A DNA stretch of 63,768 bases, the filler included. It is 4 parts of 4 records of this genome, joined end to end, with 100 filler letters (N's around TTAATTAATTAA, not from the genome) between each part and the next. Parts side by side here need not be neighbours in the genome. Positions count along the whole stretch, not along the records: positions 1 to 29,509 come from SRR20825010_1300; 3 more parts are not named here. One strand, given 5' to 3'. The position numbers were made by a program, and so were the translations under genes. Below, in pieces: positions 9,113 through 18,242 of the stretch; position 1 is the stretch's first letter, and each line of letters starts with the position of its first letter. The notes below the pieces were generated by a model. That model had not been told where the DNA came from. It made no database searches and saw nothing but the letters and a program-made list of their open reading frames with translations.

Positions 9113-10798
9113 TTAATCGGTGTGCGCTTGCGGCGAGCGCACTTCGGCACTGCCAATACCACGGGGGTCGCTGGCAGCGGTGACTTCGCCGCTTTTCTTG
9201 CCACTGCCCTTGCGCCATAAGATGGCCTGCATATTACCGTAGTTGCGGCCGGTGGAAACCACCTTGTGGCCCATCAGCATCAATTCCTTGGCGGCCTCGC
9301 TGCCGACGAATTCCGGCTCTGCCTGGACTTCGTCAGGCAGAAATTGATGGTGGAATCGCACACGGCTCACCCAGTCTTCCACCGGTTTATCGTTGGCGGC
9401 TTCAATGACGCCCAGCATCACCATGGAGATGATGCGGCTGCCGCCGGGGGTGCCGAGAATGGCCACCCGGTCGTCGAACTCCACGAAGGTGGGGGTCATG
9501 GAAGACAGCGGGCGCTTGCCGGGGGCGATGGCGTTGGCCTGGCTGCCGACCAGGCCGTAGGCATTGGGGCTGCCGGGTTTGGCGGAGAAATCGTCCATTT
9601 CGTTGTTGAGCAGCACTCCGGTGCCGGGGGCCACAAAGCCGCTACCGAACGGCAGGTTAATGCTCAGGGTGGCGGCGACCCGGTTGCCGTCTTTATCCAG
9701 TACCGAGAAATGGGTGGTGTGAAAGCCCTCTTCCACGCCGATGGGCTCGCCCAGGCTGCTGCTGGGGGTGGCCTTGTCCAGGGTGATGCTGCTGGCGCGC
9801 TGTTTGGCGTAGTCGGTACTCAACAGCTTATCCACAGGCATATCCACAAAATCCGGGTCACCCAGATAGCGGGCCCGGTCCTGGTAGGCGCGGCGCATGG
9901 CTTCGATGACCAGGTGCGGGGTCATGTCGCCGGTGTCACCGGCGTTGAACTGGCTGAGGATGTTCAGTGCTTCGCCCATGACGATGCCGCCGGAGGACGG
10001 CGGCGGTGCGGAGATGACTCGTCCTTCGCGGAACGGGCTGACGGTGGGCGTGCGTTCCACCACGGTGTAGTTAGCCAGATCGTCCAGCGTCCAGATGCCG
10101 CCGGCCTGCTGCACGCCGTCTACCAGCTGTTTGGCCACTTCGCCCTGATAGAACCCTGCGTTGCCCTGTTCAGCGATGGCGGTGAGTACCCGGGCCAGAT
10201 CCGGTTGCTGGATCAGGTGGTTATTGGGAGGCACCTTGCCGTTATGCAGGAAAATGGCGGCGGCTTCCGGGAAACGGTTGAGCACGTCTTCGCGGTAACC
10301 GGCGAGCTTGCGGTAATGCTCCTCTACGCGGAAGCCTTTCTCGGCCAGTGCAATGGCTGGGGCCAGGGTGGCAGTGAGGGGTAGTTTGCCGTAGTTGTCC
10401 GCAAGGTGGGCGAAGGCGGCGGCCTGGCCGGGAATGCCGGCGGCGCTGGGGCCGTTTACCGCCCAGTCGCGCATGACGTTGCCATCCTTGTCCTGGTACA
10501 TGGTGGCGGTGGCGGCGCCGGGAGCAGTTTCACGGGCGTCTACAAAGGTCTGCAGCCCGTCCTGTTCCCGGTGCAGCAGCCAGAAGCCGCCCCCGCCCAT
10601 ACCGGCAGAATAGGGTTCGACCACCGCCAGGGCCGCCGCCACGGCCACGGCCGCATCGAAGGCATTACCGCCCTGCTCGAGAATGTTGAGCCCGGCTTCC
10701 GTGGCCAGAGGATGGGCGCTGGCCACCGCGTTCTTGCCCGGCCCGGCCGCCTGGGCGGTGACGGTGATAAGCAGCAGTAACGGGATCAGGGTGCGCAT
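9113..10798 (-). CDS. ggt: Gamma-glutamyltransferase
   Basis: Signal peptide, GGNAFDAAVA, HTTHFSV autocleavage site, LNNEMDDF, RPLSSMTP, GTPGGS; ATG at 10798 with GGAGG RBS. Confidence 0.96.
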   Translation of the reverse strand: MRTLIPLLLLITVTAQAAGPGKNAVASAHPLATEAGLNILEQGGNAFDAAVAVAAALAVVEPYSAGMGGGGFWLLHREQDGLQTFVDARETAPGAATATMYQDKDGNVMRDWAVNGPSAAGIPGQAAAFAHLADNYGKLPLTATLAPAIALAEKGFRVEEHYRKLAGYREDVLNRFPEAAAIFLHNGKVPPNNHLIQQPDLARVLTAIAEQGNAGFYQGEVAKQLVDGVQQAGGIWTLDDLANYTVVERTPTVSPFREGRVISAPPPSSGGIVMGEALNILSQFNAGDTGDMTPHLVIEAMRRAYQDRARYLGDPDFVDMPVDKLLSTDYAKQRASSITLDKATPSSSLGEPIGVEEGFHTTHFSVLDKDGNRVAATLSINLPFGSGFVAPGTGVLLNNEMDDFSAKPGSPNAYGLVGSQANAIAPGKRPLSSMTPTFVEFDDRVAILGTPGGSRIISMVMLGVIEAANDKPVEDWVSRVRFHHQFLPDEVQAEPEFVGSEAAKELMLMGHKVVSTGRNYGNMQAILWRKGSGKKSGEVTAASDPRGIGSAEVRSPQAHTD

Positions 10799-10857
10799 CG
10801 GGTGTCCTCCTTGAGAACCGGTGGGTGTGGAGCGGTGTGCGGCGTTTTTGTATGGCT

Positions 10858-11012
10858 GAGTTGAAAGTGAGAAGTTGAAAGTTGAAACGCGGAGCAGACC
10901 CTTTTCTTCTGCCAGGTGGTGCCCGCGTTCATTGGTAATGGCGCGGGTACGGCGTCTCAAAACCAGATCACCCGGTCCGCGCTTTTGAACTTTAAACTTT
11001 CAACGTTGAACT
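10858..11012. repeat. Intergenic fold-back element with inverted heptamer arrays, copy A
   Basis: Four (A/G)AGTTGA-like units at left, TCAACTT-like units at right, CGCGGA/TCCGCG stem, central GCCCGCG..GGTAATGGCGCGGGTA hairpin shared with 20466-20622. Confidence 0.8.
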
Positions 11013-11013
11013 G

Positions 11014-11751
<738 letters not shown>

Positions 11752-11963
11752 TCATCGTTTGGCAATTGATTTTATATCTTCATCCTCTTTAATCGCCCGC
11801 TTGTCGCCATCCGTTTGCCGGTTGAAAAGCCTCAGGACTAATTTGGGACTCAAGTCACATAAAGTATTAACCGGGTGTAGCACCGGAAGCCGCCGGTCCC
11901 AGGGAAGATCTCCTTGTCTGGGATGTTCAGGGATAGATGCCGATTTCATGGATTGTGGAAACG

Positions 11964-12935
11964 ATGAGAAAGCAACGGCTGGGCTTTGTAGGATTGGGGG
12001 ATGACACGGCAAGCGCCTGCTTGTCCATGTTGAAGATCATGGATGGCCGGTCTGAAGTGGACTGGAGTCATAGTGATCCTGACAGCGCAGATGTGCTGAT
12101 GATTTCCTGCGATCAAACGGATGAAACGCAACGCTGGGAGCGCAGCGGCAAGCCGCGCATTGTCGTATACCACGGTAATCAGCAAAAACCGGCGTCGCCA
12201 TTTATTCTGCAGCACCCTTTTCGGGTCATGCAGTTGTTATCCGTGCTCGACGAAGTTGCGGGCACCTTGTCGTCTGGGGGAACGTCACTGTCCCATTCCC
12301 CTGCCCAAGTGGCTGCGCCCTCTACGTCTGTATCCAATAATGTCTCCCCTTTTTGGTTATCCCTGCATGAGGCGGTTAACGGAAACGTGACAGACCCGGC
12401 AGGACTGTTGGTGTCGTCATCGTCCCATGGCGTGCTGTACTTCAAGCCGGCGTCACAGCGTTTTTATGCAAGCAAGGCGCTGTTCCGCCAGTTGGCTGCA
12501 GGTTCCGTAGAGTTAGGCCCCCTGAAACCTACCGCAGAGGCTGTACCGGAAGAGACGGTGGCTTGCCCGCTGTTTTCATTGTGCTGGATGGTGTCACGTT
12601 ATGGCGCAACGCATCTGGCACCCTGGATGAATCCTGAAGGAGCCTTTCATCTTAAACGCTGGCCCAGTTTCGGCACCCTGGAAAAGAGCCGCACGCATTT
12701 GTCTCTGTGCGCCTTGATGACCAAGCGCCCCCTGACCCGCGAACAAATTCAGCAAGTGTCACACTGCAGCGAGGAAGAGCTGGATAGGTTCATCAATGCG
12801 TGTGAAATGAGTGACCTGATGGTGTTCGAGGAAGCCGTTCAGGTGCCGTTGCCGGAGGCCGCTGCCGAGGAAGGAAAAGGACGCTTTGGTGGTTTGATCA
12901 AAGGCTTGCGCAGTCGATTGGGGTTGAGTGCTTAG
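11964..12935 (+). CDS. Uncharacterised protein: degenerate receiver-like N-terminus, low-complexity linker, putative winged-helix C-terminal domain, terminal amphipathic helix
   Basis: First gene of a tight operon with the GTPase; ADVLMI..ILQHPFRVMQLLSVLDEV (REC-like), LKRWPSF...LDRFINAC, ends FGGLIKGLRSRLGL. Confidence 0.7.
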   Translation: MRKQRLGFVGLGDDTASACLSMLKIMDGRSEVDWSHSDPDSADVLMISCDQTDETQRWERSGKPRIVVYHGNQQKPASPFILQHPFRVMQLLSVLDEVAGTLSSGGTSLSHSPAQVAAPSTSVSNNVSPFWLSLHEAVNGNVTDPAGLLVSSSSHGVLYFKPASQRFYASKALFRQLAAGSVELGPLKPTAEAVPEETVACPLFSLCWMVSRYGATHLAPWMNPEGAFHLKRWPSFGTLEKSRTHLSLCALMTKRPLTREQIQQVSHCSEEELDRFINACEMSDLMVFEEAVQVPLPEAAAEEGKGRFGGLIKGLRSRLGLSA

Positions 12936-12937
12936 CA

Positions 12938-13489
12938 ATGACAAATGACGAATTCAAAATTCTTTTTACCGGTCCCATGGGGGCAGGGAAAACCACGGCA
13001 ATTACTGCATTAAGTGACCAGGAATGTGTGTCCACGGATGTGGTGAATACCGATATCGACCAGTGCGACAAGGAAATGACCACGGCAGCGCTGGATTATG
13101 GCTTCATTGATATTCCTGGCGGGGGGGGTGTGCGCCTTTATGGCACACCAGGGCAGGAGCGGTTTCGGTTTATGTGGCCGATCCTTGCCAATAATGCTGC
13201 TGGTGTGATCGTGCTGTTGAATGGTGAGCACCCGGATCTGGATAGTCACCTGTCAGTGTTCGTCGATGCATTCTGGGAGCAGGGTGCCATGCCAATGGTC
13301 ATTGGCGTAGGCCGGTTGGCCAGCGAGGATTTTGAAATTATCGAACGAATCACCGATACCTTGCTGGAACGTCATATTTCGCCGCCCATTTTTTCTGTGG
13401 ATGTCAGGGAAAAAGACGATGTTCTGTTACTGGTCGAAGCATTGCTTTGCCAGATTGAAGTTAACGAAATGGGAATGATGCAAGCATGA
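12938..13489 (+). CDS. MglA/CvnD-type small Ras-superfamily GTPase
   Basis: G1 GPMGAGKTT, G2 TTAALDYG, G3 LYGTPGQERF, G5-like VDVRE; G4 region reads IGVGRL. Confidence 0.88.
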   Translation: MTNDEFKILFTGPMGAGKTTAITALSDQECVSTDVVNTDIDQCDKEMTTAALDYGFIDIPGGGGVRLYGTPGQERFRFMWPILANNAAGVIVLLNGEHPDLDSHLSVFVDAFWEQGAMPMVIGVGRLASEDFEIIERITDTLLERHISPPIFSVDVREKDDVLLLVEALLCQIEVNEMGMMQA

Positions 13490-13890
13490 AAGTCGCCTCT
13501 CCGCTGGGAAAAACCGAAACGGCGGTTGCCCAGAAAGAACTGGAAAATTTTCAGGAAAATACCAAAGGGGTTACCTCGGCAGTACTGCTGAGTGCCGATG
13601 GGTTTGAAGTGGCCTCGTTACAGGTGAACAAGGATAGCGCAAGCCGGCTTGCAGCCATGGGCAGTTCGTTGGCGGCGATAAGTTCCGCCATTGCCAAGGA
13701 GGCGGGCATTTCCGAATGCAGCAGATTGATTGTTGAATCGGACGAAGGCGTTGTTGCGGTCATGAAGGTTCCGAATCTAAAGCCACCACTGGCACTTGCA
13801 GTGGTGGCGAACGATGCCTCTTTGTTGGGGCAGCTTCTCTGGGGGGCCAAGAACTGTTGTGCCTCTCTTGAGGAAAAACTAAAAAAGTAA
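13486..13890 (+). CDS. Roadblock/LC7 (MglB-like) domain protein
   Basis: GVTSAVLLSADGFEVAS, RLAAMGSSLAA, LIVESDEG, LGQLLW; ATGA overlap with the GTPase. Confidence 0.9.
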   Translation: MKVASPLGKTETAVAQKELENFQENTKGVTSAVLLSADGFEVASLQVNKDSASRLAAMGSSLAAISSAIAKEAGISECSRLIVESDEGVVAVMKVPNLKPPLALAVVANDASLLGQLLWGAKNCCASLEEKLKK

Positions 13891-13945
13891 ATTTTATAAC
13901 CCGATGAAAATATCGGGATAACATAAGTGTTGAAGGAGATTTACC

Positions 13946-14305
13946 ATGGCTAATGTCAAAGAAAGTATGGATGTACTGCTGCAGTCTGACGGTGCCATGT
14001 GTACCGCCATTGTTGATGCCAACAGTGGCATGGTGCTGGGTCAGGCCGGCAGCGGGCTGGACCTGGAGCTGGCAGCGGCGGGCAATACGGAAGTGGTCCG
14101 CGCCAAGTTGAAAACCATGAAGTCGCTGGGTCTCAATGACAAGATTGAAGACATCCTGATTACCCTCGGGACCCAGTATCATATTATTCGTCCGGTGGCT
14201 TCGAAAGAAGGCCTGTTTATCTATCTGGTGCTGGACAAAAGCAAATCGAATCTGGCCCTGGCTCGCCGTAACTGTCAGGAAGTGGAATCCACGCTGTCGC
14301 TGTAA
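13946..14305 (+). CDS. Second, divergent roadblock-fold protein
   Basis: AIVDANSGMVLG, DLELAAAGNTEVVRAK, IEDILITLGTQYHIIRP, NLALAR; GGAGA RBS. Confidence 0.85.
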   Translation: MANVKESMDVLLQSDGAMCTAIVDANSGMVLGQAGSGLDLELAAAGNTEVVRAKLKTMKSLGLNDKIEDILITLGTQYHIIRPVASKEGLFIYLVLDKSKSNLALARRNCQEVESTLSL

Positions 14306-14315
14306 TCTGCTTTCA

Positions 14316-14350
14316 CCCCGCCATGCCTTCTGGTTGGCGGGGCTTTTTCT
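14316..14350 (+). terminator. Rho-independent terminator closing the GTPase operon
   Basis: CCCCGCCA...TGGCGGGG then CTTTTTCT and a long pyrimidine tract. Confidence 0.75.
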
Positions 14351-14402
14351 CATTCCTCTTTTTCTTTTCCCCTTTCCGTTTTCTTTATTGCTTCCTGGGA
14401 AT

Positions 14403-15461
14403 TTACTGTGCCTCAGCGTGGGCCTGCTGCTGGTGGTATCGCCGGGTGCTCTTTTCTATCACCTCCTTTATGTTTGGGGCGGTGGCATGATGCTGCTGGA
14501 GAAAAGCTTCCGTAATGGCGGTATCAAAGCGTGTAGGTTGAATAAAGTGGAGTGCTTCCGGGTAAGTATTCATCAATGCTGCCAGGCCGGGCAGGCGTAA
14601 CAGTGCAGCCAGAACGGGAATGGGTATATAGCGACGCGGGGCATGTTTGTTCATGTGAGCGGCCGCTTGCGCGAGCATCGGTTGGAGATTCGGTGTCTGC
14701 CCATCCAGGGCCAGCAGTTTTTCCGGTACGGCCTCGGCGGTGGCGGCCAGGCGAATGATGTCTGCGAGGTGGTCCACGGCCACCAGAGGCAGCCAGTGTG
14801 CCGGCGTGCCGGGCACCAGCGCCAGGCGACCGCGAGCGAGATTGTCGAGCAGGCTGTATAGCGGTTGGCTGTTATCCAGCTCGCCGGTCTGGCTGTTGCC
14901 GGCCACGGTAGCGGGCTGGACTTCCACAAAATCGAGCGCGTGCTGTTTGGCGAAAGCCCGTGCCCGAAAGGCGGCTTCCAGTTTGCTGGCTTCATAACCG
15001 CCGGCCCGTCGGTAGACCTTCGGCCAGTCGGTGCCTAAGGGCTCGGCGGTATCAATGCCAAGCCGATTCAGGTGCGCCCGGTTTTCCAGCATGAAACCAC
15101 TGATAAACACCAAACGGCATTGATGTTGGCGGGCCAATTCTGCCACGGCCAGGCTGCCTGCGACATTGGTGTGGCGGGCGGTCCTGGTGTCCAGCCGCCA
15201 GGCGAAACGGGCGCCGAGATGAATGACGGCGTCGAGTTCGGGAAGGGGTGCGGTCAGGCCCAGATGAGGCTGATCCAGATCGCCGCTGACCGGCTGGAGC
15301 AAGTGGTCTTGCCCGCCAAGGGCGTCTACCTGTTGGCGGAGGGTATCCAGTTGAGCCTCTGGGCGCCGCAGCATGGTGACGACGGTGTGGTTCTGGCGGG
15401 TCAGGCTGGCGCAGACGTGGCGACCGATAAAACCGGTGGCCCCGGTGATAAAGAAGATCAT
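14403..15461 (-). CDS. Extended SDR / NAD-dependent epimerase-reductase
   Basis: ITGATGFIG Rossmann motif, NVAGS, YEASK catalytic YxxxK. Confidence 0.9.
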   Translation of the reverse strand: MIFFITGATGFIGRHVCASLTRQNHTVVTMLRRPEAQLDTLRQQVDALGGQDHLLQPVSGDLDQPHLGLTAPLPELDAVIHLGARFAWRLDTRTARHTNVAGSLAVAELARQHQCRLVFISGFMLENRAHLNRLGIDTAEPLGTDWPKVYRRAGGYEASKLEAAFRARAFAKQHALDFVEVQPATVAGNSQTGELDNSQPLYSLLDNLARGRLALVPGTPAHWLPLVAVDHLADIIRLAATAEAVPEKLLALDGQTPNLQPMLAQAAAHMNKHAPRRYIPIPVLAALLRLPGLAALMNTYPEALHFIQPTRFDTAITEAFLQQHHATAPNIKEVIEKSTRRYHQQQAHAEAQ

Positions 15462-15510
15462 GGTGATGTCCTTTTCCTGTTTTCACGGAGGTGCGGAGAA
15501 AGCTCACGAC

Positions 15511-15543
15511 TACGCTAAGGTGTAGAGTATGCTCTAAGGTCAA
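15511..15543 (-). promoter_or_regulatory. MerR-type promoter/operator of the SDR gene
   Basis: Minus strand TTGACC-N20-TAGCGT with the dyad TAGAG-cata-CTCTA inside the long spacer. Confidence 0.75.
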
Positions 15544-15564
15544 CAGGGAATAAGTGAGCTTCCT

Positions 15565-15948
15565 ATGCGCATTGCAGAGCTGGAGCAACGAACCGGTGTA
15601 AGCCGCCATACCTTGCGGTATTACGAAAAAGAGGGGTTGCTGCTGGAGGTCGGCAGGCGGGGTAATAACTACCGGGATTATTCGGAAAAAGCGGTGCAGC
15701 GGGTGGGCATGGTGCGCCAGCTCAAGGCGCTGGGGTTTTCGCTCAAGGAGATCCGCGAGGTGCTGGACGCCCTGCGCAGTGACAGCATCGATTGTGACCA
15801 GGGGGCGGCGTTGATGGCCGAGAAGAAAGCCGCGGTGGATCGCAAGATCACGGAGCTGAAGGCGGTCAGCCGGCTGTTGGGTGAGGAGCAAAAACGTTTG
15901 CTCGCCAGTGCTGAGGCGCAGCGGCGTAGCCAGTCTTGCGCAGGGTAA
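15565..15948 (+). CDS. MerR family transcriptional regulator
   Basis: MRIAELEQRTGVSRHTLRYYEKEGLL, NNYRDY, LGFSLKEI. Confidence 0.95.
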   Translation: MRIAELEQRTGVSRHTLRYYEKEGLLLEVGRRGNNYRDYSEKAVQRVGMVRQLKALGFSLKEIREVLDALRSDSIDCDQGAALMAEKKAAVDRKITELKAVSRLLGEEQKRLLASAEAQRRSQSCAG

Positions 15949-16114
15949 ACGCAATTTCCAGAAAGATTTACCTTTTGCCTGCTGGCGGCACTTTTCGTCA
16001 ATTCTGGTGGTTTTGGTTAGCGCCCTGGTCGGACAAGTGTCGATTTTTACTGGCGTGCGGAAGGCGCGGTCATTAGCGTGATTTTCCTCTTATTCGTTAC
16101 CTGCAGGAAAGCCC

Positions 16115-16702
16115 ATGAGTCGCGCAACGCAAGCTAATCCCTCTGTTCAGGCTGTGCCGGGCCTGTCGTTTACGGCAGCAAAGGCACAGGGACAAGTGAC
16201 CCGGGATGAGGCGCTGGCCATTTTTGATGCGCTGGAGCCGGTGGCCCCGGATTTCATGATCGGTGCCTGGAAAGGCGAAGGGTTTGAAACCGGCCACCCG
16301 CTGGACGGGGTGCTGGAGCGTTGCCATTGGCACGGCAAGCGTTTCGAGAGCGAAGAGCATGTGCACCCGCTGGTGTTCCGCAAGGTATCTGGCAAGCTCA
16401 CCTCGGTGAAGCCGCTACTGGCCATGCCCGGGCTGGGGTTGCTGGATCAGATGCCGTTCCTGAATTCGGCGTTTGTGGGCAAGGTGTTTCAGTGGGTGTT
16501 GCCGTTGCTATCCGGGCGTAAATCGGCGGCGCGACTGCGCACCACCACCTACCGGGGGGTAGCCACGGCGACCATGATGTATGACAACCTGCCGATCAAC
16601 GATGTGTTCCGCAAGGTGGATGACAATACCGTACTCGGCATCATGGACCTGAAAGGCATGCAGCAGCCGTTCTTCTTTGTACTGCGTCGCGACGGAAGCT
16701 GA
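16115..16702 (+). CDS. GXWXG / DUF4334 domain protein
   Basis: GAWKG, TGHPLDG, WHGKRF, MMYDNLPINDVFRKVD. Confidence 0.9.
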   Translation: MSRATQANPSVQAVPGLSFTAAKAQGQVTRDEALAIFDALEPVAPDFMIGAWKGEGFETGHPLDGVLERCHWHGKRFESEEHVHPLVFRKVSGKLTSVKPLLAMPGLGLLDQMPFLNSAFVGKVFQWVLPLLSGRKSAARLRTTTYRGVATATMMYDNLPINDVFRKVDDNTVLGIMDLKGMQQPFFFVLRRDGS

Positions 16703-16797
16703 GCTCTGCGGTGCCGGGTTCCGCCTTGCAGCCGCTATTTCAAAATGCGCACAAATTTGCTTTAGTGAAGGTTCGCTTCAATGACAAGGAGGTTGTC

Positions 16798-17175
16798 ATG
16801 CGAACGTGGGTGATTGTGCTACTGCTGATATCGCCGCTGGTATCCGCGGAGTCGGTGGGACGCCTTGAAGGCCAGAGTGACGACGGTCAGGCGTTTCGTC
16901 TTGGTATGGAAAGCATCGGTGTTGTCCGGTTGCCTCAAGTGGCGGATAGCGGCTTCGAATCAATACACCGGTTCACGGATGAGCCTTGTGTCTTCATGAA
17001 GGGCGATACCATGATGCTGGTGTGTTCCGGGTCGCCCGGCAGTGGCCTGAGTGGTTCACTGTATCAGCAGGTGGGTGAGCCGGAAAAGATAACCCGAGTG
17101 GTGACGATGGAATGTGTGCGTGGCTGTTCCGACAGTGTGCCGGCAGTGATGCAATACATTCCCGTCCAGTGTTGA
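16798..17175 (+). CDS. Hypothetical secreted protein with several Cys
   Basis: AGGAGG RBS, signal peptide MRTWVIVLLLISPLVSA, C-terminal CVRGC. Confidence 0.7.
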   Translation: MRTWVIVLLLISPLVSAESVGRLEGQSDDGQAFRLGMESIGVVRLPQVADSGFESIHRFTDEPCVFMKGDTMMLVCSGSPGSGLSGSLYQQVGEPEKITRVVTMECVRGCSDSVPAVMQYIPVQC

Positions 17176-17231
17176 TTGCCAGAGCTCACGGCGGCTGAGC
17201 GTTTGCGCCAGCCCGGTGTGTTCAGGGCCGT

Positions 17232-18095
17232 TCAGTAACCACTGTCCTCTGCGTCGCCGCTGAGGCGTTCGCGCCGTTCTTGTTCTTCCTCAAACGCGGC
17301 TTTAATTTCTGCCAGCACATCATCCACATCGGCAATGTGCTCGTCGTCGTCCACGTGGCCGCTGAGTTCGGTATCTGGTGTCAGCTCCCCGCTTTCATAC
17401 AAGGCCCAGATTTCCTGGCCGTAGCGGCTGCCGCGCAGTGACGGTGCGTACTGGCCGTAGTAGCGGGTCATGTTGTCCACGTCGCGATACAGCATGGCTT
17501 CGGCGTTGTTGTTGGCGGCGGCATCCACGGCCTGGGGCAGATCGATGATCACCGGGCCGTAGTCGTCTACTAGCACATTGAATTCCGACAGATCGCCGTG
17601 AACCACGCCGGCGCAGAGCATGCGAACCACGTACTGCATCATCAGGGCGTGGTCTTCTTCGGCTTGCTCGGCGGACATGACCACCTCGCTTAGCCGGGGA
17701 GCCACATCGCCTTCGTCGTCGGTGACCAGTTCCATCAACAGCACGCCTTCGAGCATGTCGTAGGGCTTGGGCACGCGCACCCCGGCGCTGGCAAGCAGGC
17801 GCAGGGCATCCACTTCGGCGCTCTGCCAGATTTGCTCCTGCTGTTCGCGGCCAAATTTGGAACCCTTTTCCATGGCCCGGCTGCGGCGGCTGTTACGCAC
17901 CTTGCGCCCTTCCCGATACTGGGCAGCTTTCTTGAAGTTGCGCTTGGCGGCTTCCTTGTAGACTTTCGCGCAGCGGATCTCCTGGCCACAGCGGACCACG
18001 AAGATATCGGCTTCCTTGCCACTCATCAGACGGCTGATGACCTCATCGACGAGACCGTCATCGACCAGGGGCTGTAAACGTTGCGGGGTTTTCAT
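17232..18095 (-). CDS. RIO1-like protein kinase (PA4780 family)
   Basis: LMSGKEA, CAKVYK, HGDLSEFNVL, IIDLPQAV. Confidence 0.93.
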   Translation of the reverse strand: MKTPQRLQPLVDDGLVDEVISRLMSGKEADIFVVRCGQEIRCAKVYKEAAKRNFKKAAQYREGRKVRNSRRSRAMEKGSKFGREQQEQIWQSAEVDALRLLASAGVRVPKPYDMLEGVLLMELVTDDEGDVAPRLSEVVMSAEQAEEDHALMMQYVVRMLCAGVVHGDLSEFNVLVDDYGPVIIDLPQAVDAAANNNAEAMLYRDVDNMTRYYGQYAPSLRGSRYGQEIWALYESGELTPDTELSGHVDDDEHIADVDDVLAEIKAAFEEEQERRERLSGDAEDSGY

Positions 18096-18242
18096 GCCGC
18101 ACTTATACCTTATTTGGCGCACGGCTTCGCCTGCTTCCTGCGGTTTTCGGCGAGGATGGGCAGAGAAAGTCGGGTGTGACGGTAAGGGGGATGATGAAAA
18201 GCCCTGCTGCGCGAAGGTGGCGCAGCAGGGAGTCAGGGGGGC

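Noticed and set aside
17232-18095. RIO1-like kinase as part of the GTPase cassette or a defence system
   Set aside because: Widespread stand-alone family, 3 kb away, on the opposite strand and separated by terminators and unrelated genes
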